From Spirochaetales bacterium (lineage in GTDB: Bacteria; Spirochaetota; Spirochaetia; SZUA-6; JAFGRV01): a stretch of DNA of 64,000 nt. Shown one piece after another: positions 18,883-28,415 of the stretch. Positions within the stretch are counted from its first letter, which is position 1, and each line of letters opens with the position of its first letter. Both the position numbers and the translations under genes were made by a program. The notes beneath the pieces were generated by a model, which was not told where the DNA came from, did no database searches, and worked only from the letters and a program-made list of their open reading frames with translations. Location: assembly GCA_016928415.1 (NCBI GenBank), contig JAFGKU010000178.1, positions 31,625 to 95,624 of the forward strand, written 5' to 3'.

Positions 18883-20565
18883 ATGAAACAATCTGAACTG
18901 ACGAGCAGGCAAATTGTCCAGAAGGCACTTGTAAGAAGCGAACGTTTCGGTGTTTTTCTCAAGTCAAGTATTGCCCTCCTGATAATAACGAGCGTTTTAA
19001 GCATTATCGCCCAACTGGAAGGCATTACCAAAATAGGTGCCATCCTGATCATTGCTTCCAATATTTTCACAACGGTCTTATTATGGATCATTCACTTAAG
19101 GAATAATCAGAAAAACATTTTCAGATACATCGTATTTATTCTCGATATTCTCTCCGTGCAGCTGGTCGTATTCCTGTACAGTTTTGCCTCGAACTCGCCG
19201 CCCGATTACGGCATAGAACATACCGGCCTTATGTTTACCGCCATAGGCGTGGTCATCGCCTCGGGTGCCGTAAACAGCCAATGGCTGCCATTGGTTTCAG
19301 GAGGCCTTCTCACTGTTATCGAAGGTGTTTTTATAACCATTCTCATTGTTAAAGGGGTGCCGATTTTAAACACTCCCAATGAAATTTATCTTAAAGAAGG
19401 CATCCTGGGTACACGGATGCTCATCTACAAGGTAGCGGGATACATGGCCGTTACCATCTCCATCTGGTTTATAAGCCGCATTCATGACAGGATGGTCAGG
19501 GATGTGCATAATTACAGCAATAAAATGGAGGAACAAAAAAACACGCTGGATGCCATTCTCACCGAATCCCAAAAAGTGTCCGGGTCGGTCCGTGAAATGG
19601 GAATCAGGATCAAGCAATCGATAGCCGATATCAAGGAAAATATAGAGTCGGGTATGCAAAGGTCATCCTCCGTTGCCGGGGTTTTCAATGATCAACTCGT
19701 ACATGTCAAATTATCCAGCGAGAAAGCGGCCGGTATGCTTGACCTCCAGAATGAAATCAGGCAGCTCCTTACCGGTCAAAAGGACTCCATTGCAAAGAAC
19801 AGGGAAACGGTGATGAAAATCAAAAGCAGTGTTGATACCATCGGGGCCCTTTCCAGGAATTCGGACAATAAGACTCAAAACCTCCTGCAGGAATCCAAAA
19901 AAGGGGAAGTAAACCTGATGAGCGTGGAACTGACCATAAACAAGGTCAGGGAGGTTTCAAACGACATAACCAAGTCCATAGTCCTGATCCAGGATATCGC
20001 CGACAGGACAAACCTGCTTTCCATGAATGCCTCGATAACGGCCGCGCGCGCGGGTGAGACGGGCAAGAGCTTCAATGTCGTAGCCGCCGAAATCAGGAAA
20101 CTGGCTGAGAATGCCGCTAAAAATACTTCATTGATAAACAGCCTGCTCAAACAGATGAACGAAGTGATTGAACAGAGCGTTGACCTTACCAGCATCAGCC
20201 GGTCTCAATTCAAGCAGATAAGCAGCGGCGCCACGGCATCGTCGGAGAGCATCCGGCAGATAGCGGACCTGAACACACAGCTGACCAACGGATTCCGGGA
20301 AACGCTTGATTTAGCAGAAGAAATTGAAGGCAGATCGGAAAACATAAAATCCCTGAATGAAAGCCTCGATGAAAGCGCCAACGAGGTAAGCCGGTCGATG
20401 TCAAGCCTCCTGACCCAGACGGAATCGGGGACGGAAACGGTGAACACGCTCGTGGCAACCATAGACGGGATCAATACATCCATCGAAAAAATCCTGGAAG
20501 CCACCGTCGACAATGAAAAAATCATCGACAAACTGATAACACTCCTGCCCGAGGAAGAAAAATAA
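18883..20565 (+). CDS. Methyl-accepting chemotaxis protein with polytopic N-terminal membrane domain
   Basis: Start moved to the ATG at 18883 (MKQSELT); the ORF track extends to 18628 through hairpin-rich non-coding sequence. About 6 predicted TM helices. C-terminal MCP signalling-domain signature DIADRTNLLSMNASITAARAGETGKSFNVVAAEIRKLAE. No obvious periplasmic ligand-binding domain. Confidence 0.8.
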   Translation: MKQSELTSRQIVQKALVRSERFGVFLKSSIALLIITSVLSIIAQLEGITKIGAILIIASNIFTTVLLWIIHLRNNQKNIFRYIVFILDILSVQLVVFLYSFASNSPPDYGIEHTGLMFTAIGVVIASGAVNSQWLPLVSGGLLTVIEGVFITILIVKGVPILNTPNEIYLKEGILGTRMLIYKVAGYMAVTISIWFISRIHDRMVRDVHNYSNKMEEQKNTLDAILTESQKVSGSVREMGIRIKQSIADIKENIESGMQRSSSVAGVFNDQLVHVKLSSEKAAGMLDLQNEIRQLLTGQKDSIAKNRETVMKIKSSVDTIGALSRNSDNKTQNLLQESKKGEVNLMSVELTINKVREVSNDITKSIVLIQDIADRTNLLSMNASITAARAGETGKSFNVVAAEIRKLAENAAKNTSLINSLLKQMNEVIEQSVDLTSISRSQFKQISSGATASSESIRQIADLNTQLTNGFRETLDLAEEIEGRSENIKSLNESLDESANEVSRSMSSLLTQTESGTETVNTLVATIDGINTSIEKILEATVDNEKIIDKLITLLPEEEK

Positions 20566-20589
20566 AAATCAATTCACATCAAAAACTCC

Positions 20590-21939
20590 GTGTCCCCATA
20601 TCTTGATTCAATTTTCGGAATGGGTATAATTTATGCCATGGAATCCATGTTTTTCCTTATGTTTATAGTAATGGCGGTTGTCGGGGGTATCGCCGTCACA
20701 TACAGCCTGACACGGAACGCCAAATATTCAGAGGAACTGTCGAAAGTTGCCAAAAAATACAAAATCAAACTGGTAAGTGATTCAAGGTTCTTTTTCCCGT
20801 CCGTGGAGGGGGAAATTGACGGATATAGAATCAGTATTTACAAGAAAAATTTTTCCTACGGCAAGTCGAGTATTGCTACGCTGGCGTTTGAAGTTTCCCT
20901 GTCCGAAAGAAGACTCCGGCCTTTTTCCATTTCGGCCGAGGGCTTTTTATCCAAATTCGGGCAATTACTGGGGGATAAAGACCTCCAGACCGGCGATAAA
21001 TATTTTGATAAAACATTTTTGATAAGGGAGTCCGATGCGGACGAAATTTACACAATGCTGAATTATCGGGCCCGTAATATAATAGAATCATGCATGAATC
21101 TGGCATATGCCGGTAATTTTACAATCACGCATGACAACCTGCTGTTCTGTGTCCGCCTGGACGAGCTGGCGTCTGCGGAACGGATATCAGACCAGATTGA
21201 CAAGGTAATGGAACTGGTCAAAATTCTGTGCCGGAAAGGAACAAGGCTGGAATTGATTACGGAAAATTATTATATGGAAACGAATACGCAAATGAAAATA
21301 AACCTACTGAAGTCACTGTCCACATCAAAGGATGCACTATCGGAAGATATCCCGCTTATACAGGAAGCCTTGAAGGCACAAAACCAGGAAATTCAATTCC
21401 ACGCTGCCCGGCTATTGGGAAAGAAAGGTCTCGATCGTCTGAAAAGCCTTTATAAAAGAGGAGCCAATGATATCAAGGCCATGATCATCCAGCACCTTGC
21501 CCATTTAAGAGAAGCCGGTTTCCTGGATTTTTTCCTGCAGCAGGCTGACAGGGAAACGGACTTCGAAGTGAAGAGGGAAATTATTTTATATTTTAAGAAT
21601 ACGGGAGATGCAAAGGCCGAACCATTTCTGCGAAATGAATTGGAAAGGACCCTGGGCAAGGAATATATACCCGACAGTGCCGGGTATAAAAGCGCCCTTA
21701 TCGACGCTCTTAAAAGATGCGGCACGTATGATTCCATAGAACCTCTTTATAAAATCCGCTCCATGATATTTAAACGGGAAGCGGACAAGGCCATCGCCGC
21801 CATCCAGCACAGGATAGGAGCCGGGGACAAGGGCTGGCTGAGCATCGATAAGGGGAAAAAGGAGGCGGACGGTTCCCTGTCACTGGCGGACACCGACGGT
21901 TCACTTCCTCCCACCGACAACGACGAAGGGGACACCTGA
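20590..21939 (+). CDS. HEAT/PBS-lyase-like repeat protein with N-terminal membrane anchor
   Basis: 449 aa. N-terminal hydrophobic segment MFFLMFIVMAVVGGIAV. Repeated helical units (ALKAQNQEIQFHAARLLGKKGLDRL, IIQHLAHLREAGFLD..) resemble HEAT repeats. 25 nt after the MCP stop. Its stop overlaps the next start (TGATG). Confidence 0.5.
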   Translation: MSPYLDSIFGMGIIYAMESMFFLMFIVMAVVGGIAVTYSLTRNAKYSEELSKVAKKYKIKLVSDSRFFFPSVEGEIDGYRISIYKKNFSYGKSSIATLAFEVSLSERRLRPFSISAEGFLSKFGQLLGDKDLQTGDKYFDKTFLIRESDADEIYTMLNYRARNIIESCMNLAYAGNFTITHDNLLFCVRLDELASAERISDQIDKVMELVKILCRKGTRLELITENYYMETNTQMKINLLKSLSTSKDALSEDIPLIQEALKAQNQEIQFHAARLLGKKGLDRLKSLYKRGANDIKAMIIQHLAHLREAGFLDFFLQQADRETDFEVKREIILYFKNTGDAKAEPFLRNELERTLGKEYIPDSAGYKSALIDALKRCGTYDSIEPLYKIRSMIFKREADKAIAAIQHRIGAGDKGWLSIDKGKKEADGSLSLADTDGSLPPTDNDEGDT

Positions 21940-23591
21940 TGCTGCATTACTCGGTAGACCTGGGCACCACCAACACGGTTGTGGCCAGTTGGAACGACAA
22001 GGACAAGGCTCCCGACCTTATAGAGCTGAACGGAATATCACGGGGCATTCAGGAAAACCAGATAATCGAGAACCAGCATGCCATTCCCTCGGCCGTATTT
22101 CTGGGCGATCTCAAACGTTTCCTGTTCTTTGAAAAGCAGGAAGTCAAAATAGGTCTGAAGGCGCTGGACCCCTACAGTTATACGAACAACCACAGGTTCG
22201 TGAATAATTTCAAGCCGTACCTGATGGCCGACGGTTTCAAAACATTGACAAAAGTCGGTAAAACCCCTTATTCGGCCAGGAAGGTAACCCGCCTCTTCCT
22301 GCAGGAGATCAGCAGGGCAATCAAGACCCAGTTCGGTAAAAGGCCCGTCAATGTCACCTTCAGCGTACCGGTGGACTGCTATGAACCGTACAGGGCCCAG
22401 TTAAAGCAGATTGCCAAATCGGTCCGCATCAGGCGCTTTAAGCTTATCGATGAACCGGTTGCCGCCGCCGTCGGGTACGGACTTTGTATCGACAACCCGC
22501 AAAACGTACTGGTCTTCGATTTCGGAGGAGGAACACTCGACATAGCCGTTGTCCGGTTTGAGGACAAGGTAACGCCCTCCGGGAGATGCCAGGTTATTGC
22601 CAAGAACGGTTTACCCCTCGGCGGGAACACGGTGGATGAATGGCTCGTGGATTTTTTCAGCAAAAAACTATCCTACGAATTTTCCGCGGACGAACGCGAC
22701 CACAGCAACTTCTGGTACCGCCTGATGCTCAATGAAGCCTGCCGCATCAAGGAAAGCCTGTACTTCAAGGAGCAGGAAACCTTTTACCTGATGCCGCCCG
22801 AGGAATACCAGAAATTCGAGGCACGGATCTATGCCAAACACAATGCACTGGACAAACCTCTCGATATCTCCCGGGAGGAATTCATTGCCATACTCGAAGA
22901 AAAAGGGCTTTACAGGATGATCGAGCATTCAATGGAGAGCCTCTTTTCCGCGTCTAATCTTGCCAAAAGCGACATCGATAACGTGCTTTTAGTCGGGGGC
23001 TCCTCGCTCCTGCCCAGGATTGCCGGTTACTTTGAAAAAGAATTCGGCCGGGCAAAGGTCCAGGGCTGGCAGCCGTTTAATGCCGTTGCCTACGGCGCCT
23101 GCGCTTTCGGCGCAAATCATGTTAAGAAAACGGATTTCATTGTCCATGATTACGCCTTTATAACGTATGACCAGAAAACACTGAAACCGCAGTACAACAT
23201 CATCATCCCCAAGATGACCCTTTTCCCCACAACAAAAGATTTCTGGAAGCGGAAGCTGACCCCCACGTGCTCGCAGGGAATCCCCGAAACGATTTTCAAG
23301 CTGGTCATCTGCGAAATAGGTGAGAACAGGAATAACAGTCAAACCTTTATCTGGGATGAAAAGGGAAAACTGCACAGCCTGACCGAAGGTTCCGAAAAGC
23401 TCATCATACCGCTCAATGAATCCAATCCCACCCTGGGCACGCTGAATCCCGCCCATTCACCAAGCGACAGGTCCGCCAGGCTTGAAATTTCCTTCATGAT
23501 CAACGAGGAAAAATGGCTTTGCGTCACCGTATTCGATTTAAAGACTAAGCAGTTACTGATGACGGAAGAACCGGTCATACAATTAAGGTAA
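21939..23591 (+). CDS. Hsp70-family (DnaK-like actin-fold ATPase) protein, non-canonical
   Basis: 550 aa. Phosphate-1 motif VDLGTTNTVVA. Phosphate-2 VFDFGGGTLDIAVV. Connect-2/adenosine motif LLVGGSSLLPRIAGYF. C-terminal region is not a canonical DnaK substrate-binding domain. Confidence 0.7.
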   Translation: MLHYSVDLGTTNTVVASWNDKDKAPDLIELNGISRGIQENQIIENQHAIPSAVFLGDLKRFLFFEKQEVKIGLKALDPYSYTNNHRFVNNFKPYLMADGFKTLTKVGKTPYSARKVTRLFLQEISRAIKTQFGKRPVNVTFSVPVDCYEPYRAQLKQIAKSVRIRRFKLIDEPVAAAVGYGLCIDNPQNVLVFDFGGGTLDIAVVRFEDKVTPSGRCQVIAKNGLPLGGNTVDEWLVDFFSKKLSYEFSADERDHSNFWYRLMLNEACRIKESLYFKEQETFYLMPPEEYQKFEARIYAKHNALDKPLDISREEFIAILEEKGLYRMIEHSMESLFSASNLAKSDIDNVLLVGGSSLLPRIAGYFEKEFGRAKVQGWQPFNAVAYGACAFGANHVKKTDFIVHDYAFITYDQKTLKPQYNIIIPKMTLFPTTKDFWKRKLTPTCSQGIPETIFKLVICEIGENRNNSQTFIWDEKGKLHSLTEGSEKLIIPLNESNPTLGTLNPAHSPSDRSARLEISFMINEEKWLCVTVFDLKTKQLLMTEEPVIQLR

Positions 23592-26321
23592 AATTTTTTT
23601 CTTAATCCAGGTTATTAATTTTTCCAATTCCGAAAACAACATAACGGACAGGGCGGCAAGAAGGCAAACACCCAATTGGGAGAGACTGAGGGCCGTTGTC
23701 TTGAATATACCCTGAAAAAAAGGGACGTAAATCAGCATCAACTGCAGACCCAAAGTCAGGATAACTCCTATTACCATGGGAATATTTGTGAACGGATTGA
23801 TGGAAAAAACTGAGCGCGAGGAACTCCTTACGCACAGGGCGTAGGCCATTTGACAGAATGTCAGGGAGGTAAAAATCATCGTACGCCAGACTTCGACAGG
23901 ATGACCTTGATTAAAAAAAGCAAATCCGACAATCAGGCAGAGGATGCCCAGTAATACACCCGATACGATTATCCCTCTTCCCAATCCGCCTGCAAATATA
24001 CCCTGCCCGGGTTTGTAAGGCGGTCTTTGCATCACGTTTCTTTCAGGGGCTTCATACCCGAGCGCCACGGCAGGCAGGCCGTCGGTGACCAAATTGATCC
24101 ATAAAATTTGAATGGGCAGCAGGGGGATGGGAAGACCGAACAGGGGACCGAAAAGCATCACGATAATTTCCCCCGTATTACCCGTCAGGATATATCTTAT
24201 GAATTTTCTTATGTTGTCGAATATGGTTCGTCCTTCCCTGACTGCCCGGACAATGGTCGCGAAATTATCATCAATCAAAATCATGTCGGACGATTCTTTG
24301 GACACATCCGTTCCGGTAATCCCCATGGCAACACCTATATCCGCCGATTTTAAGGCAGGGGCGTCATTGACGCCGTCACCGGTCATGGAAACAATCTGGC
24401 CCCTGTCCTGAAGGGCATCCACGATCTTCATTTTATGTTCAGGTGAAACACGCGCATACACCGACACTTCCAGGACCCGGGCTTCAAGCTCATCCAGCGT
24501 CATTGCGGACAATTCCCTGCCCGTTAAAACTGTTCCCTGAGCATCAATCCGAAGTTCCCTGGCAATGGCTAAAGCCGTTACGGGATGATCTCCGGTAATC
24601 ATGACCGGACGGATTCCCGCCATTTTACATGTCAGGACGGCATCCTTAACCTCGGGCCTGACAGGGTCAACCATGCCCGTCATTCCCACATAAACAAGGT
24701 CCTTTTCATATTCTCCTTTCAAATTTCCATCCTCAGGCTTGATTGGCTTGAAGGCAAAGGCGAGAACGCGGATTCCATTGGAAGCCATATCATGATTTTG
24801 TTTCAGGATCCTTGACCGCATCTCCTCTGTCAGCTGTTCTATTTTACCGTTTATGGCTATCCCATTGCATACATTAATGATCCCGTCAACGGAGCCTTTC
24901 GTCAATCCCAGGAAACCTCCCGTATCGGCAATTTGAGCGGAATGAAAAACATCCTTTACCGTTTCATCCCGCAAATCCCCTATCCGGTGAACCGTTGTCA
25001 TTCTTTTTCTTTCCGCATCAAAGGGTAATTCCTCCACCCTTGGCAGCTGGTCCTCAAGCTTATCCTTGGAAAAACCAGCCGCGGCTGCGGCGACAACGAG
25101 GGCTCCTTCCGTCGGGTCCCCGACCGCCGTTCCGTCATCTTCACTTAACACAGCGTCGTTGCACAGCACCCCGGTTATGAATAACAACGTAAGATCCGCG
25201 TTCATCACGGTGTTTTTTATATCTTTCATATCCAAGGATTGCTCAGGCATCTCGATCCGCGTCACCGTCATCCTGTTCTGGGTCAAGGTGCCGGTTTTAT
25301 CGGAGCAAATCACGGTTACGGATCCCAGGGTTTCTACGGAAGGAAGATGCCTGATCAAGGCCCTTTTCTTCAGCATTTTTTTTGCGCCGATAGCCAGTGC
25401 GATCGTCACGATGGCCGGCAGGCCTTCCGGAATGGCGGCAACAGCCATGCTGATTGACGTTAAAAATATTTCCTTCAGCCCGATCGTGCCGTGCTGTAAA
25501 GCTTCTACTCCCCCTATATGAAAAAAAGTGATAAAGGCAACAATCAGGATTAAACCAAGGGCAACCAGTGCCAAAGATTTTCCCAAACCGGCAAGTTTCT
25601 TTTGAAGCGGGGTCTTCTCATCTTCTACGCTCTGGAGGAGTCCCGCAATCTTACCCAGTTCGGTATTCATTCCCGTTCCCGTTACAACCCCGATACCGCG
25701 GCCGTAGACTATCACCGTCCCCATATAGACCATGTTGACCCTGTCACTCAATTCCACATCGGTTTGACCAATTTTGTCCGTTGATTTCCCGATGGGTTCC
25801 GATTCTCCCGTCAATGTGGATTCCCGCACTTTCAGGTTTGACTCTTCCACGATGCGGATGTCTGCCGGCACGATATTACCCGTTTCAAGCAGCACAATAT
25901 CCCCCGGGACAAGATTCTCGGCGGGAATCTGTTCCTCGTCATCGTCCCGCCTGACCCTCACATAAGGCACGGTCAGTTTCTTCAGGGCCTGCATCGCCTT
26001 TTCCGCGTTCAATTCCTGCCAGAAACCTAAAAAGGTATTTAAAATGAGTATGAATAAAATGACGGATCCGTCCACAAATTCACCGAGGACATAGGAAACC
26101 ATGCACGCGACAAGCAGGATAAAGACCATAACCCCTTTTAACTGGCCTATTAAAATTGAGAACGCCGTTCTCCCCCCCTTTTCCTGCAATTTATTTTTCC
26201 CGTATTCGCCAAGCCGGTTTCTTGCCTCACTGCCGGAAAGCCCCGTTTCAGGATCTGTCCGGTATAATCCGAATACTTCTTCCTTTGTCATATTAAAGGG
26301 ATTTTTGCCGTTGATTACCAT
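23583..26321 (-). CDS. P-type ATPase, calcium-transporting (type IIA/IIB-like)
   Basis: 912 aa. Phosphorylation motif CSDKTGTLTQNRMTV. TGES-type actuator segment LTGESEP. Hinge MITGDHPVTALAIARE and VSMTGDGVNDAPALKSADIGVAMG. N-terminal cation-ATPase_N segment. 10 TM helices. 3' end overlaps the Hsp70-like gene by 9 nt (convergent). Confidence 0.85.
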   Translation of the reverse strand: MVINGKNPFNMTKEEVFGLYRTDPETGLSGSEARNRLGEYGKNKLQEKGGRTAFSILIGQLKGVMVFILLVACMVSYVLGEFVDGSVILFILILNTFLGFWQELNAEKAMQALKKLTVPYVRVRRDDDEEQIPAENLVPGDIVLLETGNIVPADIRIVEESNLKVRESTLTGESEPIGKSTDKIGQTDVELSDRVNMVYMGTVIVYGRGIGVVTGTGMNTELGKIAGLLQSVEDEKTPLQKKLAGLGKSLALVALGLILIVAFITFFHIGGVEALQHGTIGLKEIFLTSISMAVAAIPEGLPAIVTIALAIGAKKMLKKRALIRHLPSVETLGSVTVICSDKTGTLTQNRMTVTRIEMPEQSLDMKDIKNTVMNADLTLLFITGVLCNDAVLSEDDGTAVGDPTEGALVVAAAAAGFSKDKLEDQLPRVEELPFDAERKRMTTVHRIGDLRDETVKDVFHSAQIADTGGFLGLTKGSVDGIINVCNGIAINGKIEQLTEEMRSRILKQNHDMASNGIRVLAFAFKPIKPEDGNLKGEYEKDLVYVGMTGMVDPVRPEVKDAVLTCKMAGIRPVMITGDHPVTALAIARELRIDAQGTVLTGRELSAMTLDELEARVLEVSVYARVSPEHKMKIVDALQDRGQIVSMTGDGVNDAPALKSADIGVAMGITGTDVSKESSDMILIDDNFATIVRAVREGRTIFDNIRKFIRYILTGNTGEIIVMLFGPLFGLPIPLLPIQILWINLVTDGLPAVALGYEAPERNVMQRPPYKPGQGIFAGGLGRGIIVSGVLLGILCLIVGFAFFNQGHPVEVWRTMIFTSLTFCQMAYALCVRSSSRSVFSINPFTNIPMVIGVILTLGLQLMLIYVPFFQGIFKTTALSLSQLGVCLLAALSVMLFSELEKLITWIKKKILP

Positions 26322-26406
26322 ACTTTGGACGCTCCATCAATCAAATATAATCAATCCAATTACAAGAATATAACTTATTGTGAAGTTTGTAAACAAAACG
26401 GATTTT

Positions 26407-27639
26407 TCAAAGGAAAAACAACAATAACAGCACGCTGATTCCCGCCATACCGCCGCCGAATAAAAACGGCGCGCTGGGGGAAAGGGCAAACAGCAATCCG
26501 GCGATGGCGCTTGCCGGCAGCAGGCATATGCCGACGATGGTGTGATAAAAACCCAAAGCGGTACCTTTTGATTCCTTGGGAGCTATTTCGGCGACGAAAG
26601 CTTTTTCAGTACCCTCCGTCAATCCGTAATAAATACCGTAGGCAGGCCAGAAAATCCAGAGAAGAAACGCCAGTTCCCTGTGAATGAAACCGAACAAGGC
26701 ATACACGACCCCGTACAGGAGATACCCGATGATAAGCACTCTTTTTCTTCCGATCCTGTCCGACAGAGAACCGAATATCGGCGAAAAAACGGTGCTTGCC
26801 AGGTTGAACACGAGGTACATGAGAATGACGAGGGAAAGCGAAAAGCCCAGGTCCATACTCCTCAGCATAAGGAACATGTTGGAGGAATTACCCAGGGTGA
26901 AAACAGCCTGGGAAACAAAGAAAACCTTCAATTTCCTGTCATATGTGAAAAAATTGAGGTTGGGTTTTGGTTTTTCTTTTTTTATGAGTTTGGGGAGGGC
27001 CTGTTTTTTTTCCTTTAAAAAGAAAAGGAACCCCACGCCGATAAACGCCGGTATTATGGAGACAAGAAATATCGTGTAAAAGGAGGATACATCCTTCAGG
27101 TTACCGGTAAGGGGGTCAAGGAACATCTGGACAAGGAAAAAAGCTATCAGAGCGCCCAGGGTAGCACCGGCAAAATCCATGCCACGCTGGAAACCGAAAG
27201 CCTTCCCCATCGTTTTCGTTGATGTGGATTCCGATATAAGGGCATCCCTCGGGGCCGTCCGTATACCTTTACCCACCCTGTCAAAAAACCGGGCCAGGAA
27301 AACAAAACCCCAGCCAAGCGACCCGATGAGCAGAAGAAGCTTCGCCATGGCGGAAAGACCGTAGCCGGATATGGTAACGAGTTTCCGTTTCTGTATTTTA
27401 TCCGAGTAATATCCGGAAAAAACCTTTAAAAGGCTGGCTGTTGATTCGGCAATTCCTTCTATTATGCCGATTATCGGACCGAGAAGCGCCTTCTGAAAAG
27501 CCATGATCATGGCCATAAAGGCCTGAAGCAGGGGGTATATCATTTCCGAGGACACGTCGGTAAAAAAAGAAGTAAAACCGGTCAGGATTACATTCCGGGT
27601 TATGGCTTTCGGCTTTAATTTCACTTCTTCCATGGCCAT
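26407..27639 (-). CDS. MFS transporter
   Basis: 410 aa, 12 hydrophobic helices. MFS-like loop GSLSDRIGRKRV between TM2 and TM3. 6 nt downstream of pgeF on the same strand. Confidence 0.6.
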   Translation of the reverse strand: MAMEEVKLKPKAITRNVILTGFTSFFTDVSSEMIYPLLQAFMAMIMAFQKALLGPIIGIIEGIAESTASLLKVFSGYYSDKIQKRKLVTISGYGLSAMAKLLLLIGSLGWGFVFLARFFDRVGKGIRTAPRDALISESTSTKTMGKAFGFQRGMDFAGATLGALIAFFLVQMFLDPLTGNLKDVSSFYTIFLVSIIPAFIGVGFLFFLKEKKQALPKLIKKEKPKPNLNFFTYDRKLKVFFVSQAVFTLGNSSNMFLMLRSMDLGFSLSLVILMYLVFNLASTVFSPIFGSLSDRIGRKRVLIIGYLLYGVVYALFGFIHRELAFLLWIFWPAYGIYYGLTEGTEKAFVAEIAPKESKGTALGFYHTIVGICLLPASAIAGLLFALSPSAPFLFGGGMAGISVLLLLFFL

Positions 27640-27644
27640 TTATA

Positions 27645-28415
27645 TTAACCGAAAAAACCGATACAGGCAAGCATGCGGTTGAATTTTTCCTCTCCTTCAC
27701 GCCTGTATGAACCAAACAATGGATTACAGCATGTGCAATCCCGTATCGATGTGATATTTTTAATTCCGTAATCATGGAGAAGGGAGAGATTGGCTTTCCG
27801 CAGGTCTATATAATAATCTCCTCCCTCGCGGCGGACGGACTGGCTTCCATAAGCCCTCTTGAACATGGTATACCTTTCCCGTTCCACATTATAGCAGCAT
27901 ACGCCAATCCCCGGCCCGATCAGAATCCTCAGGTCATTCTTCAGGCAGTTGAAGTGCTGTTCAAGTTTCTTAACCGCATTCAGCACAATCCCCGTTCCCT
28001 TCCAGCCGGAATGAACCAGACCGAAAACGCCTTTTGTATCATCGGCCAGGAAAATGGGGAGACAATCCGCCACCGTTACGCTTAAAACAGCTTTTTCATT
28101 GGAGGTCACCAGGCCGTCCGCTTCCCTCGAGTAGTATTCGTGGGGTGGTCTGTCTTCAATGATGACAACGTCCCGTGTATGTTTTTGCGTCAAGCAGTAA
28201 ATACGGGATTCTTCCGCCTTAATCTTTTTAAAGAAATTCCTGCGGTGAGCGTACTTCCCCCTCTTCTGAAACGACATGTCACCTGATTTTTTCAAGGTAA
28301 GGTAAGACCGTATGGCTTTCCCACCGGAGGCGACAAAGGGCAGTTCGACGTAATCCATCCCGTGAATTTTCGCGCCTGACAGCATTTTACTCCCGGAGTT
28401 CAATTTGATAGACAT
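27645..28415 (-). CDS. pgeF: PgeF/YfiH family (DUF152; purine-nucleoside phosphorylase / peptidoglycan editing factor)
   Basis: 256 aa. Conserved motifs ADCLPIFL, LVHSGWKGTGI, GIGVCCYNV. C-terminal ..CTCCN. All typical of the YfiH/PgeF Cu-oxidase-like fold. Confidence 0.75.
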   Translation of the reverse strand: MSIKLNSGSKMLSGAKIHGMDYVELPFVASGGKAIRSYLTLKKSGDMSFQKRGKYAHRRNFFKKIKAEESRIYCLTQKHTRDVVIIEDRPPHEYYSREADGLVTSNEKAVLSVTVADCLPIFLADDTKGVFGLVHSGWKGTGIVLNAVKKLEQHFNCLKNDLRILIGPGIGVCCYNVERERYTMFKRAYGSQSVRREGGDYYIDLRKANLSLLHDYGIKNITSIRDCTCCNPLFGSYRREGEEKFNRMLACIGFFG

